A stretch of 32,000 nucleotides of DNA from an uncultured Lentisphaeria bacterium. Lineage in GTDB: Bacteria > Verrucomicrobiota > Lentisphaeria > JABSQK01 > JAJFLO01. Shown here piece by piece: positions 1 to 10,279 of the stretch (the stretch's first letter is position 1; each line of letters begins with the position of its first letter). The position numbers and the translations under genes are program-made. Location of the stretch: assembly GCA_951812855.1 (NCBI GenBank), contig OX638337.1, positions 1,530,001-1,562,000 on the forward strand, written 5' to 3'. The notes below the pieces were generated by a model, which was not told the origin of the DNA, did not search any database, and was given only the letters and a program-made list of their open reading frames with translations.

Positions 1-2
1 CT

Positions 3-329
3 CATAATGGCTATATATCAGTTGATGGTTGGCAAACAGATTCCCCGATTAAAGTTTCTGATCTGGCAACGAACCTGTTTAACAGCGGTATCAGGCACTT
101 CATCTATACAGATATTTCAACAGATGGTATGTTTACCGGTCCAAATATCGAAGGAACAAAAATGTTATGTGAATCCTTCCCTGAGGCAAATTTTATTGCT
201 TCCGGCGGCGTAGGCTCTAAAGAGCACATTTTAAGTCTGCTTGATCTGAAATTGGAAAATTTGGAAGGAGTAATCGTAGGAAAAGCACTCTACGATGGTC
301 GTGTCAGCTATAATGAACTTATAACGTAA
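3..329 (+). CDS. hisA: HisA-like ProFAR isomerase, C-terminal part (5' end lies off-window)
   Basis: Frame 3 is open from the window edge. Translation HNGYISVDGWQTDSPIKVSDLATNLFNSGIRHFIYTDISTDGMFTGPNIEG...ASGGVGS...VIVGKALYDG matches the conserved second half of the HisA/HisF barrel (TDI..DG, SGG.G, GKA.Y). Confidence 0.8.
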   Translation, partial: HNGYISVDGWQTDSPIKVSDLATNLFNSGIRHFIYTDISTDGMFTGPNIEGTKMLCESFPEANFIASGGVGSKEHILSLLDLKLENLEGVIVGKALYDGRVSYNELIT

Positions 330-426
330 GTTTAGACAGGTATGATTTTCGTTGCCTGTCACCTGGCAAACCACAACTGCTGTCTTTATCAATGTTTTGT
401 ATTTAAATAAATATTAAAAAAACATT

Positions 427-455
427 CGCGTTTATGTGCAAACGCGGTTTTTATT
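427..455 (+). terminator. Rho-independent terminator candidate (possibly bidirectional)
   Basis: Stem cgcgttt (427-433) pairs with aaacgcg (440-446) across a 6-nt loop, followed by gtttttatt. An A-run lies immediately upstream. It sits about 100 nt after the hisA stop. Confidence 0.55.
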
Positions 456-456
456 C

Positions 457-485
457 TTGACAGATTGCAGTTGATTCACTATTGA
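457..485 (+). promoter_or_regulatory. sigma70-like promoter candidate for the PSP1-like gene
   Basis: TTGACA (457-462), a 17-nt spacer, then TATTGA (480-485), about 30 nt upstream of the 515 start. Confidence 0.35.
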
Positions 486-514
486 TATTGTAAAAGGAAT
501 AACCTAAGGCTGTC

Positions 515-1327
515 TTGACTAAACAAATTATGTATGACTTTTGTAAAATTACAATAAACGAGATTATTAAGGTTAACTGTAAAGGGGATAAAACTCTCGG
601 CCTGAAGAAAAATGATTATTGCATTGTCAGTCGAAACAATTGCGAAGACTATGGCCGGGTAACTTATATAGGAAGTATTCCTTCTGAGATTTCGTTAAAA
701 GATCTAAGGTCGATCAAACGGCGTGCCACGCTGGTTGATCAGGGAAGAGCTCACGAAAATAGTGTTCGAAGTAAATCATTCCACAGAACCGCACAGGAGA
801 AAATAAAGAGTTATAATTTCCCTATGAAACTCATCGCAACTCACTATTCGTTTGACCAGAGTTTGGTCAGCTTTATTTTTACGTCACCTACGCGGATAGA
901 CTATCGTGATTTAGCAAAAGATCTTAATAATACTCTTAATTTAAAGGTTGAGCTTAAACAACTTGGTCCCAGGGACTATGCCAGCTTAATCGGCGGGGTT
1001 GAAACCTGCGGCAGAACATTGTGCTGTTCAGCATTTTTAACAAATTTTGTGAGTATTAATATGAAAATGGCCAAAGATCAGGGACTGTCACTTAATCCTT
1101 CGAATATCATAGGTGCCTGTGGTCGTTTAAAATGCTGCCTTTCGTTTGAGCATGAAGGATATAAGTCGTTGATGAAAACAATACCCCAAAATGGTTCTAA
1201 ATGTGATTGCCAGGGATGTGAAGGTAAAATCATAGAAGGAAATGCACTAAAACAAACTGTAAAAGTTTCATTAAATGGTGGTAATAAAATCGTATCAGTT
1301 CCGGTCTCTGAAATAGTTCTAAAATAA
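515..1327 (+). CDS. PSP1 C-terminal domain protein (YaaT/RicT-like)
   Basis: 270-aa ORF with Cys-rich blocks TCGRTLCCSAFL and GACGRLKCCLSFEH typical of the PSP1/YaaT family. The track start is TTG at 515; ATG at 530 is an alternative. Confidence 0.75.
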   Translation: MTKQIMYDFCKITINEIIKVNCKGDKTLGLKKNDYCIVSRNNCEDYGRVTYIGSIPSEISLKDLRSIKRRATLVDQGRAHENSVRSKSFHRTAQEKIKSYNFPMKLIATHYSFDQSLVSFIFTSPTRIDYRDLAKDLNNTLNLKVELKQLGPRDYASLIGGVETCGRTLCCSAFLTNFVSINMKMAKDQGLSLNPSNIIGACGRLKCCLSFEHEGYKSLMKTIPQNGSKCDCQGCEGKIIEGNALKQTVKVSLNGGNKIVSVPVSEIVLK

Positions 1328-1600
1328 ACAGGCCTTTAACATCGCAGTATTGGGTGGTCCCTTTCACATAGTTCATTTTTTAGTGATTTTTATCGGTTTA
1401 CGAATAGAAATGGCTATTGAATTTCTAAACACTGCCTTTTTCTGAGTCCGGTATAAGCTATTGATGCCAATGTAATCCCCGCCAATATTAATAAGGCAAA
1501 TTCAAGATATCACAAATCCGTTGACGCGTTTAGAAATTTTATTATACGAGGGAGTTGTTTTACAATCATCCGTACAAGCAGGAACCCGGGAACTAATTCA

Positions 1601-3415
1601 GTGGAGAAAAATACCCAGACCGTGTCGCCTGATCGAAATGATACAGGACTGCTTCAGCGAATAACCGGTATATTCATTTTTTTTATCATTTCCATCTGTC
1701 CACTAAAATTTGGGTCTGTCATAAATAATACAGGCACAGGCATATATCCATTATCTATCCATGAATGGGTATTCTCGATATGGCCTCCTGTCCTCACATG
1801 TTTATTTTCCAGTATTGCACTTCTCTTATCATTGATGTCCAACAAGTTAAGCATCGTGATGATTTTGAAAAATACAATGGTACTTATTCTACCTTTCTTT
1901 CTTCTTTTCTGCACTACATTTATTGGTATCATTAATTCGTCTGAACGAGACTATACTATAATTTTTATTTGGCATATGTTGAGTGCTGTAAATTTCTTAT
2001 TTGCAGTTGTGATTTTCGTTCAAAATCACCCCAAATCCCGAAATATATTTTTAACCGCTGTATGTCTGGGAACATTTCTTTCAATTCTAAGCGGAATTTA
2101 TCAAATACATATAGGATTTGAAGAGACTCGAGACATTGCTATACAACTTGCAGAAAGTGATGGCAGAATATTGCATCCGGATATGATCAGCAGATTGAAT
2201 CAGAATAGAGCATATGCAGCTTTTACCTATCCTAACAGTTATGCTGCCCATCTGATATTGACAATGCCGTTGTTAATCGCATTTATTTGGAAAAGAAGCA
2301 AGAGTATACATCCTGCATTTATCAGCCGAATAACTTTTTCGGGCACCTTTTTTATCTTATCAATTTATTGCCTGATGTCAACGGGCAGCAGGGGTGCGAT
2401 AACAGCGATCACAGTATCAATCATTTTCATTTTGGCAATTGAAATTAAACAGCTGAAGACATCGTTAAATCTTGATAAGAAAATTATATTTTCGGGGTCG
2501 TTATTTTTATCAATTCTGTCAATTATTTTACTCATAATCGTATTTAAACAGCGAGACCTCTTATCTGTAAGTGCAAGGATGGATTACTATTCAGCAGCTG
2601 TCAAATTATTTTTAGAACATCCTGTTGCAGGCATTGGATTAGGAGAGTTTTTTCCTAATTATCTTCGTATAAAACCACCATCTGCAGAAGAAACCCGGTT
2701 GGTTCATAACATGGTTCTTCATTTCCTTTCACAATGCGGATTATTCGGTGGTGTTGCGGCTTTGATTTTTCTGCTGCACCCTCTAATCATTTGGCGGTCA
2801 TATAAAAAACAACAACTTAAATGCATAGTGCCTGAGTACTATTTTGCATTATTAACAGGATATACCGCCTGGTTATGTCACTCGCTTTCTGATTTTAATA
2901 TCCAGATAACAGGTACCCTTTTAATTGCAGTCATACTTCCCCCTTTAGTTATGGCGGGGCATAATGATCTTAAAAACGAAATACATTCGGGAAAATCTAT
3001 TTCGATTTGCTTTTATGCTCTGGCGATAATCGGTTTCAGCTCCATTATCCGAATTTCCGGAGAAAAAGCCTATCAACGTTTATATAACAAACAATCTAAA
3101 CCCGTCACTGCAAATTCATTGACAAATGAAGTAAAAGCCGCAAGTATTAAAATGCCATATTCTCCTTATCCATGGGATATTTTAGGGAAAAAAGCGTTAT
3201 CTCAATCACAGTTAGAACTCGCGATAATCGCATTTGAGGAAGCAAAGAAACGCACACCTCACCGTGCTTCTTATTATGCATATACGGCACATTGTCTTTT
3301 ATTAACAGGAAACATACCGGAAGCACTAAAAAATATTGATTCTGCATTGCAATGGTATCCACATAAACCTGAATACCAAAGACTTAAGAAAACAATCGTA
3401 AAAAAATCACCTTGA
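1601..3415 (+). CDS. O-antigen ligase/polymerase-like (Wzy_C-type) polytopic membrane protein with C-terminal TPR-like repeats
   Basis: 604 aa with many hydrophobic spans. Motifs GSRGAITAI and GIGLGEFF...HNMVLHFLSQCGLFG are typical of the O-antigen ligase family. The C-terminal ~90 aa are soluble and TPR-like (AFEEAKKRTPHRASYYAYTAHCLLLTGNIPEALKNIDSALQWYP). GTG start. Confidence 0.7.
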   Translation: MEKNTQTVSPDRNDTGLLQRITGIFIFFIISICPLKFGSVINNTGTGIYPLSIHEWVFSIWPPVLTCLFSSIALLLSLMSNKLSIVMILKNTMVLILPFFLLFCTTFIGIINSSERDYTIIFIWHMLSAVNFLFAVVIFVQNHPKSRNIFLTAVCLGTFLSILSGIYQIHIGFEETRDIAIQLAESDGRILHPDMISRLNQNRAYAAFTYPNSYAAHLILTMPLLIAFIWKRSKSIHPAFISRITFSGTFFILSIYCLMSTGSRGAITAITVSIIFILAIEIKQLKTSLNLDKKIIFSGSLFLSILSIILLIIVFKQRDLLSVSARMDYYSAAVKLFLEHPVAGIGLGEFFPNYLRIKPPSAEETRLVHNMVLHFLSQCGLFGGVAALIFLLHPLIIWRSYKKQQLKCIVPEYYFALLTGYTAWLCHSLSDFNIQITGTLLIAVILPPLVMAGHNDLKNEIHSGKSISICFYALAIIGFSSIIRISGEKAYQRLYNKQSKPVTANSLTNEVKAASIKMPYSPYPWDILGKKALSQSQLELAIIAFEEAKKRTPHRASYYAYTAHCLLLTGNIPEALKNIDSALQWYPHKPEYQRLKKTIVKKSP

Positions 3416-4088
3416 ATAAAGCTTCAAATACGATTTTTTTGCTCATTTTAGACTCTCCAACCCGCCGGTCTTCGAAAGTGATGGGCAATTCAATATACTG
3501 CATTTTTTTCAAGAATGCTTTGTACTTAAGTTCAATCTGGAAAACATAACCATCTGCAGTAAGGCTTTGAATTCCAATCGATCTTAAACATTGGTTTGAC
3601 CAAAAATTAAACCCGCCTGTTAAATCTTTTATAGGTATTCCCAAAACGATCCTTGCATACCAGCTTCCGCATCTACTGATTAGTCTGCGGATGATATTCC
3701 AATTAACAGTTCCTCCCCCGTCTACATAACGTGATCCAATAATGACCTCGTGCAGTCCTTCATTAATAAGTCGATTAACCTCAAGCAATGAATGTGGATG
3801 ATGTGAAAAATCTGCATCCATTTCTCCAATAAATTGATAATCATTATCTAAACCATATTGAAATCCATCGATATATGCTGATGCAAATCCACGCTTATCA
3901 ACGCGTGATATTAAATTCAGATTATCATAAGCATCCCTTAATGATTCAACTATTTTCGACGTGCCGTCCAGACTGTTATCATCAATGACAACAATATCAA
4001 AACCCAATCCCAATGATGAAATTTGCTTGATTAATTCACCAATATTTTCGGCTTCGTTAAGTGTCGGAATACAAATTAATTTCTTCAT
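3384..4088 (-). CDS. GT2 polyprenol/dolichol-phosphate mannosyl(glycosyl)transferase-like
   Basis: 234 aa. ICIPTLNEAENI...VVIDDNSLDGT...EMDADFSHHP...GSRY are the hallmark motifs of Dpm1/Ppm1-type GT2 enzymes. Confidence 0.8.
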   Translation of the reverse strand: MKKLICIPTLNEAENIGELIKQISSLGLGFDIVVIDDNSLDGTSKIVESLRDAYDNLNLISRVDKRGFASAYIDGFQYGLDNDYQFIGEMDADFSHHPHSLLEVNRLINEGLHEVIIGSRYVDGGGTVNWNIIRRLISRCGSWYARIVLGIPIKDLTGGFNFWSNQCLRSIGIQSLTADGYVFQIELKYKAFLKKMQYIELPITFEDRRVGESKMSKKIVFEALFKVIFLRLFS

Positions 4089-4262
4089 ATTTGATTGAAA
4101 TCATTTTGATGCTGTCAAAATTGAAAACCGGTGAAACACAAAATCGGTTCAAGGAAAAAATTGTCAATTACCAGAACGTCTCGAAAATGATAACAATGTG
4201 ATTTCAACGTCAGTGTTAAAATGAGCAACTGTTTATTCGTCATTCTAAACAGAATAAAAATA

Positions 4263-6500
4263 TCAGCTTAATTCCAACACCGACTTCACAATAGCATTCG
4301 CTGTAATTCCAAAATGCTCCCATGTTTCCATATGCCCTTCAGATGGTGCTATTCTCGGGTCAGTAATACCAATATGTCCCAGCGGAAGTTTCTCCCCGGA
4401 CACAGCAACACCTGATGAAACCACACCTGCAAAACCCCTAAGTCCCACTCTCGCGTCGGCGATGAGGCCATCTTCGACAGTGACAATTCCCCCTGAATAG
4501 GTAGAAAACAGGGTGAGCAATTTACTTTCAGAGATTGGTAAACCATTAATGATATGAACATCTGTTTTAACCCCTTTTTTATTAAGCTCAAAGGATGCCT
4601 GGTCTGCCAAAAAAGCGGGTGCACCGATTACAAGAATTGCTCTCTCTGCCCCGGGGAACTTCCTGAATTCAGTTATTTCTTCCCAGCTATCAGTATTTGA
4701 CCATAACGCTCCACTGCCATCTTGTTTTTCTAAAATGGGTAAATTGTCTCTGGGGATACCAATAATATGACCACCATAATGTGCGGCCAGATCCCGAACT
4801 GCAATAAAGGCAGAAATAGCATCCGCAGGGGCATAAAACCGGTGCAGATAAGGCAGGTATCCAAGTGCTAATGTGATCCAGTCCAAACTCCAGCCTGAAA
4901 AATGATCCCTGCCTGTACATGACCCCACATGTGATAAATGAAACGTTACGTTCAGTCCTTCATTAATACCGGTTAAATTCCGTTGGTAACGCCACAGTTC
5001 GAATCCCTCTCTGGCTATTCCTTCAAAAAAAGCAGCAAAGGTAGAAAAAACATTCAGCTGTGGATGATTATCTCCATAAGCAAGGCCGTTAGCCATCAAT
5101 GCAGAAACCTGTTCCTGAATACTCATCTCAAATTGATGATTGGCTTGTAAAAATCCCCGTGCTTTTGCCAGTTTTGTCGACGGATCAAGATCACAACTAA
5201 CAACAAACATATTTTCGGGATAAATTTCTGCAACTGCGGCGTAACCAACCTCCACTCCTGCTCTTGCACTAATAACCTTACCGGTTTCAGGTAATTTTAA
5301 TGATGAAACAAAATCGTCATCCAGTATGAGATTAGGCGTTCCCGGTTGTGGTCGGGCTTGAGTTCTAACCCTTCGTTTTGGTTTTAAACTGGAGTTCTCA
5401 AGTGCCATTTTTTGCTTACTGCTTAACTGCAGCATCGGGTTGCCCAGTACCTGATTCACATCACGCCCTTTCATATGACCGTCATGATGCCCTGCTCCAC
5501 CCGGTAAACTATTAACCAGAAATATGCATTCTAACATTGATTCCAGATCTCTATAACTCATCAGTGATCCGGGAATCCAAACTCTCGTATCGAGAGGAAC
5601 ACTATGTTTATCAGCAAAGGAATTAACCGGTGCAATTATCCCATGATTATCTGCAAATTCTCTAATGGTCTGATGATTTCCTGCAGGATATATCAGATTG
5701 GGTTTACCGGACTGGGCCAGCTTAAATCCTTCCCGATATGCATCAAATAATATCTTACTTTTATGCAGAGACGGAATTTCAATAATTGTAATGCCCATTG
5801 ATTCTATTATTTTTCGTGGATCCTTTGCCATGATACTGTGTGTTGATCCCGAGAGCTGAATTCCATTACGGTGCATCACAAATGTTGTCGGTGCTTCATG
5901 CAGTGATGCTCCTATAAATCCATTCAAAGCCTGACCGGAAATCCAACCAGCATCACCACAATGCGTAATGACCCAGGCACCATCATCATTTATTGCTTTT
6001 TTAGAAAGGGCCAGACCAACCGCAACGGGTATCATAACACCCAATCTGCCTCCATTTAACTCAGTGCCGCCGGGAACCCAGGAAACATGACCGGGAAAGT
6101 CAATCCCGCGACGAAAACCATTTATGACATCATCTTTGTCCAGAAAACCCAGTGCAGCGAGGCTCGAGTAATAGCCAATACTGGTATGAGCATGTTCAAT
6201 TGTATAAAACGTACGCTTCTGATCCGTTACTGCAAGAGTTAATAACAATGCAGAGATGAGATCAAGACCTCCTCCAAGATGGTCAAGTTCATTTATTTTA
6301 GAAAGTGATGCCAAAGAACGAATCGCAATTGATGCTGCTTCAATCTCCAAGGCTTCAAGCGTGAAGACATCGTCTTCTGTTAATCCACTGTATTTTGAGA
6401 TATCAAAATGTAATGGGATTACCTCAGAATCAAATGATGGTCCCAAGTATTGTGATGCTGAAAGTAATTCGCTGTTTATGTCACGTTGACTGTGATTCAT
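4263..6500 (-). CDS. Transketolase-superfamily thiamine-diphosphate enzyme (fused N- and C-terminal modules, divergent)
   Basis: 745 aa. HLGGGLDLISALL (TPP-binding His region) and THCGDAGWISGQALNGF...MHRNGIQLSG (GDG-x-N TPP/metal motif variant). The C-terminal half resembles the pyrimidine-binding and C-terminal TK domains. The exact enzyme cannot be assigned. Confidence 0.55.
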   Translation of the reverse strand: MNHSQRDINSELLSASQYLGPSFDSEVIPLHFDISKYSGLTEDDVFTLEALEIEAASIAIRSLASLSKINELDHLGGGLDLISALLLTLAVTDQKRTFYTIEHAHTSIGYYSSLAALGFLDKDDVINGFRRGIDFPGHVSWVPGGTELNGGRLGVMIPVAVGLALSKKAINDDGAWVITHCGDAGWISGQALNGFIGASLHEAPTTFVMHRNGIQLSGSTHSIMAKDPRKIIESMGITIIEIPSLHKSKILFDAYREGFKLAQSGKPNLIYPAGNHQTIREFADNHGIIAPVNSFADKHSVPLDTRVWIPGSLMSYRDLESMLECIFLVNSLPGGAGHHDGHMKGRDVNQVLGNPMLQLSSKQKMALENSSLKPKRRVRTQARPQPGTPNLILDDDFVSSLKLPETGKVISARAGVEVGYAAVAEIYPENMFVVSCDLDPSTKLAKARGFLQANHQFEMSIQEQVSALMANGLAYGDNHPQLNVFSTFAAFFEGIAREGFELWRYQRNLTGINEGLNVTFHLSHVGSCTGRDHFSGWSLDWITLALGYLPYLHRFYAPADAISAFIAVRDLAAHYGGHIIGIPRDNLPILEKQDGSGALWSNTDSWEEITEFRKFPGAERAILVIGAPAFLADQASFELNKKGVKTDVHIINGLPISESKLLTLFSTYSGGIVTVEDGLIADARVGLRGFAGVVSSGVAVSGEKLPLGHIGITDPRIAPSEGHMETWEHFGITANAIVKSVLELS

Positions 6501-6650
6501 AATCCGTTCTCCTGAGCTTTTGACAAATGTTTATTTGGAATGTCCCACATTTGAGCAACTCATATGAACCTGCAATTATATGATTTGCGATTATAAAAAG
6601 ATCTTTGCAAGAAGTTCACAAAATAAATAATAATGGTTATATATCAAGTA

Positions 6651-6667
6651 TTAACAGTCGCTGTTAA
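6651..6667. promoter_or_regulatory. Palindromic operator candidate in a divergent intergenic region
   Basis: ttaacag-tcg-ctgttaa: 7-nt inverted arms with a 3-nt spacer, in the 355-nt gap between divergent genes 4263..6500(-) and 6856..7323(+). Confidence 0.2.
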
Positions 6668-6855
6668 CTGTTTGTAACTGGATTTACAGACGTAAAAAAA
6701 ACTCGATGCCATAGAGTAGATAATGAATTGAAAAAATCAAGAAAAAAGGTGTCGAAAGAGTTTTTCCCGGTACATTGACAACATCAGTATTTCAATTAAC
6801 CTTTAGACTCTTAAATATATCAAACCTTTAACCTGAGAATAAGGAAGGATTATCA

Positions 6856-7323
6856 GTGAAGAAATTTAACTTAATGATCATGATTATCAGTCTTTGTATG
6901 ATATCTGCGACAGACTTATATGCACAAAATGAAATGGCAGACCAGGATCAGCAACAAAAGATAATTAAAGTTTGTTCTCTCAACAGCATAGAGGCCAACC
7001 AGGAGTTTCAACGAAATGTACAATTGCTGCGTGCACAACGTCAAAAAGTAATAGAACTAAAAGCTGAATTCGATACCACCAAAAAGAAAAAGGCGAAAAA
7101 GAATATTCAAAAAGAACTTGATGACCTCCTCTTAAAGCTTAATGAAAATAACCAGACGATGTTCAAGACCTACGGCTTTTCATTAACGAGAAATTACACA
7201 CAAATTGTAGAACAATCACATGTTTATATGTTGGTTTCGGATGTTGAAGCAGATAAATTCAATAAACTGCAAAGTGAAAGTACAGGTTCTGACTCAGAGG
7301 ATAACGAAGAACAGGGTCACTGA
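6856..7323 (+). CDS. Secreted coiled-coil protein (possibly OmpH/Skp-like), function unknown
   Basis: 155 aa. N-terminal signal peptide MKKFNLMIMIISLCMISATDLYA, a Lys/Glu/Gln-rich helical core and an acidic tail. GGAAGG lies upstream of the GTG start. Confidence 0.5.
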   Translation: MKKFNLMIMIISLCMISATDLYAQNEMADQDQQQKIIKVCSLNSIEANQEFQRNVQLLRAQRQKVIELKAEFDTTKKKKAKKNIQKELDDLLLKLNENNQTMFKTYGFSLTRNYTQIVEQSHVYMLVSDVEADKFNKLQSESTGSDSEDNEEQGH

Positions 7324-7573
7324 ATACTATAAAAATTATAAATTGATCTTTTAATTTTATACGATACGTTACTCCGGTTACTCAGTGATTTCGGGAAATT
7401 TGATCGTACAACACTGTAATTTGTTTATATTCAAAAAGTTGTAACAGAGATTGCGGCGAGTTCAGCTGGACAGAAATACAATATTTTACCAGTCGGAAAC
7501 TTCCATTTAACGCATTGAGCAAAGACGGGCTTAACTATAATTTGGGCAGCAGTTTAAACAGTGTTCTGAGCAA

Positions 7574-10237
7574 ATGAACAATAACAAACAGTTGGAAACA
7601 GATCTTGAAACTGAAGAATGGCTCAATTCTCTGGAATGGGTTATTAAACATGGTGGTAACAAAAGAACCCTTAATTTACTCAGACAGTTACAGACTCATG
7701 CACAGAATAAAGGCGTTGAGTTTCCGTTTACTGCCAATACTCCCTACATCAATACAATCCCTATTGAAAAACAACCTCCATTCCCCGGGAACAGAAATTT
7801 AGAACGACGAATAAAGAGTATCGTTCGATGGAATGCAATGGCAATGGTCGTAAGAGCAAATAAATTGTCGGACGTCGGCGGTCATATATCAACCTACGCC
7901 TCATCAGCAACATTATTTGAAATAGGATTTAATCATTTCTTCAAAGGCAAGAGTGATGATTATGATGGTGATTTAGTCTACTTTCAGGGCCATGCATCAC
8001 CCGGTATTTATGCCAGAGCATTTGTTGAAGGCAGATTAAGTAAAGAAAAGCTCGAAAATTTTCGACGTGAACTAAAATCAGGGGGTGGATTATCCTCATA
8101 CCCGCATCCATGGCTGATGCCGGATTTTTGGCAGTTTCCAACTGTGTCAATGGGGTTGGGACCCATTTGTGCTATTTACCAGGCCAGATTTATGAGATAT
8201 CTCGAAGACCGCAGTTTAAAATCACATCGTAACGGGAGAGTCTGGGCATTTCTCGGAGATGGAGAAACTGATGAACCTGAGTCTTTGGGTGCGATTACAC
8301 TCGCTTCCAGAGAAAAATTAGATAACCTCATTTTCGTAATAAATTGTAACCTTCAACGCCTGGATGGCCCTGTAAGGGGTAACGGCAAAATAATTCAGGA
8401 ACTTGAATCTGTTTTCCGGGGAGCCGGGTGGAATGTAATCAAGGTCATTTGGGGTGATGATTGGGATCCGTTGTTAAAACATGAAGATGCAAATAAGCTT
8501 ATTGAACGAATGGATGAAGTTGTCGACGGACAATACCAGAAATATACCGTTGAATCAGGAGAATACATACGCGATCATTTCTTTGGCAAACATCCCGACC
8601 TTTTAAAAATGGTTGAACATTTAACTGACCAACAGATTCAACATATGAGACGAGGTGGCCATGACCCGGAGAAAGTATATGCTGCATACAATGCTGCAGT
8701 TGAGCATACAGGATCTCCCACTGTTATTCTGGCGAAAACAATCAAAGGATATGGACTTGGGGAGGCAGGTGAAGGGAAAAATATAACTCACCAGCAGAAA
8801 AAATTAAACGAAGAAGAATTATCTCGATTTCGAACACGATTCGGGATACCAATCTCTGATGAAGACGTTGCCCAGGCACCATTCTACGTTCCTCCTGAAA
8901 ATAGCGAAGAAATAAAGTATATACATAAAAGAAGAAGTGCGTTAAACGGCTATCTTCCCAATCGTCAAACTCGAACAAAACCGCTGGCAGTACCTGACGA
9001 AAAACTGTTTAATGAATTCAACGGGGGAACAGGTGAACGCGAAATTTCTACAACATTTGCTTTTGTTCGAATATTGTCAAAATTGCTTAAGGATGATAAA
9101 ATCGGGAATTTAATTGTTCCAATTATTCCGGATGAAGCCAGAACATTCGGTATGGAAGCATTGTTCAGGCAATTTGGAATCTATTCTCACGTTGGTCAAC
9201 TGTACAAACCTGTAGATTCAGATCAATTGCTGTATTATAAAGAAGCAGCTGATGGTCAAATATTTGAAGAAGGTATTACTGAAGCGGGATCTATGTCAAC
9301 ATTTATCGCCGCTGGTACAGCCTATGCAAATCATGGTGTAAATACCATCCCTTTTTTCATATACTACTCAATGTTCGGCTTTCAGCGTATCGGCGATCTC
9401 GTATGGGCTGCTGCTGATAGTCGCAGTCGAGGTTTTATGTTAGGAGGAACTGCCGGCCGAACAACTTTAAACGGAGAGGGACTCCAACATCAGGACGGCC
9501 ATAGTCATATACTCTTTACTGTCGTGCCGAGCGTAATCACTTATGACCCTGCATTTGCTTATGAACTCGGGATAATCATTCGGGATGGTATAAAAAGAAT
9601 GTATCATGAACAACAAAGTATATTTTATTATATCACTGTTGGAAATGAGCCATATCCAATGCCGGCAATGCCAAATAATTCAGCTGAAGGAATTATTAAG
9701 GGCATCTACAAATTTAAAACCTCCAACCTGAAAAAAAGTGAACACAAAGCACATTTGTTCGGAAGTGGTTCAATAATGAATCTTGTTTTAGAAGCCCAGA
9801 CTGTTCTGGAAGAAAAATATAAAGTGTCTGCAGATGTATGGAGTGTTACAAGTTACAATGAATTAAGAAGGGACGCACAAGAAGTACAACGTTGGAATAT
9901 GCTTAACCCGCGGAAAACAAAAAAGAAACCCTTTATAAGTGCTGCATTGGAACAAGAATCAGGAGTGTTTGTTGCTGCATCAGATTACATGAAAATATTA
10001 CCAAATTCAATCGCCCAATGGATTCCGGGAACCTATGTTTCTCTTGGAACAGATGGCTTTGGCAGAAGTGAGACGCGTGAAGCATTGCGAGATCATTTTG
10101 AAATTGATGCACGTTATATCGTTCTTGCAACACTCACGGCACTTATGGATGAGGGTAAGATCAAACCTGTTGCGGTAGGTAAAGCTATTAAAGATTTGAA
10201 GATTAATCCAGCCAAGTTAAATCCTTTAACAACCTAG
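7574..10237 (+). CDS. aceE: Pyruvate dehydrogenase E1 component, homodimeric type
   Basis: 887 aa. GGHISTYASSATLFEIGFNHFF, YFQGHASPGIYARAF and GDGETDEPES are diagnostic AceE motifs. It is followed by an E2 gene. Confidence 0.93.
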   Translation: MNNNKQLETDLETEEWLNSLEWVIKHGGNKRTLNLLRQLQTHAQNKGVEFPFTANTPYINTIPIEKQPPFPGNRNLERRIKSIVRWNAMAMVVRANKLSDVGGHISTYASSATLFEIGFNHFFKGKSDDYDGDLVYFQGHASPGIYARAFVEGRLSKEKLENFRRELKSGGGLSSYPHPWLMPDFWQFPTVSMGLGPICAIYQARFMRYLEDRSLKSHRNGRVWAFLGDGETDEPESLGAITLASREKLDNLIFVINCNLQRLDGPVRGNGKIIQELESVFRGAGWNVIKVIWGDDWDPLLKHEDANKLIERMDEVVDGQYQKYTVESGEYIRDHFFGKHPDLLKMVEHLTDQQIQHMRRGGHDPEKVYAAYNAAVEHTGSPTVILAKTIKGYGLGEAGEGKNITHQQKKLNEEELSRFRTRFGIPISDEDVAQAPFYVPPENSEEIKYIHKRRSALNGYLPNRQTRTKPLAVPDEKLFNEFNGGTGEREISTTFAFVRILSKLLKDDKIGNLIVPIIPDEARTFGMEALFRQFGIYSHVGQLYKPVDSDQLLYYKEAADGQIFEEGITEAGSMSTFIAAGTAYANHGVNTIPFFIYYSMFGFQRIGDLVWAAADSRSRGFMLGGTAGRTTLNGEGLQHQDGHSHILFTVVPSVITYDPAFAYELGIIIRDGIKRMYHEQQSIFYYITVGNEPYPMPAMPNNSAEGIIKGIYKFKTSNLKKSEHKAHLFGSGSIMNLVLEAQTVLEEKYKVSADVWSVTSYNELRRDAQEVQRWNMLNPRKTKKKPFISAALEQESGVFVAASDYMKILPNSIAQWIPGTYVSLGTDGFGRSETREALRDHFEIDARYIVLATLTALMDEGKIKPVAVGKAIKDLKINPAKLNPLTT

Positions 10238-10279
10238 CGATACTCATTATTATTGCGTTAAAGTGAAAGGTAAAAATCT

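Noticed and set aside
3384-3415. A 32-nt convergent overlap between the 3' ends of the O-antigen-ligase-like gene and the GT2 gene.
   Set aside because: Both ORFs have convincing family motifs up to near their ends. Convergent tail overlaps of this size occur in compact genomes. Nothing else is unusual here.
4263-6500. Whether the 745-aa TPP enzyme is DXS rather than a transketolase.
   Set aside because: The motifs visible by eye (the His-containing N-terminal box and the GDG-type box) are shared across the superfamily, and the protein is longer than either typical enzyme. I kept the superfamily-level call only.
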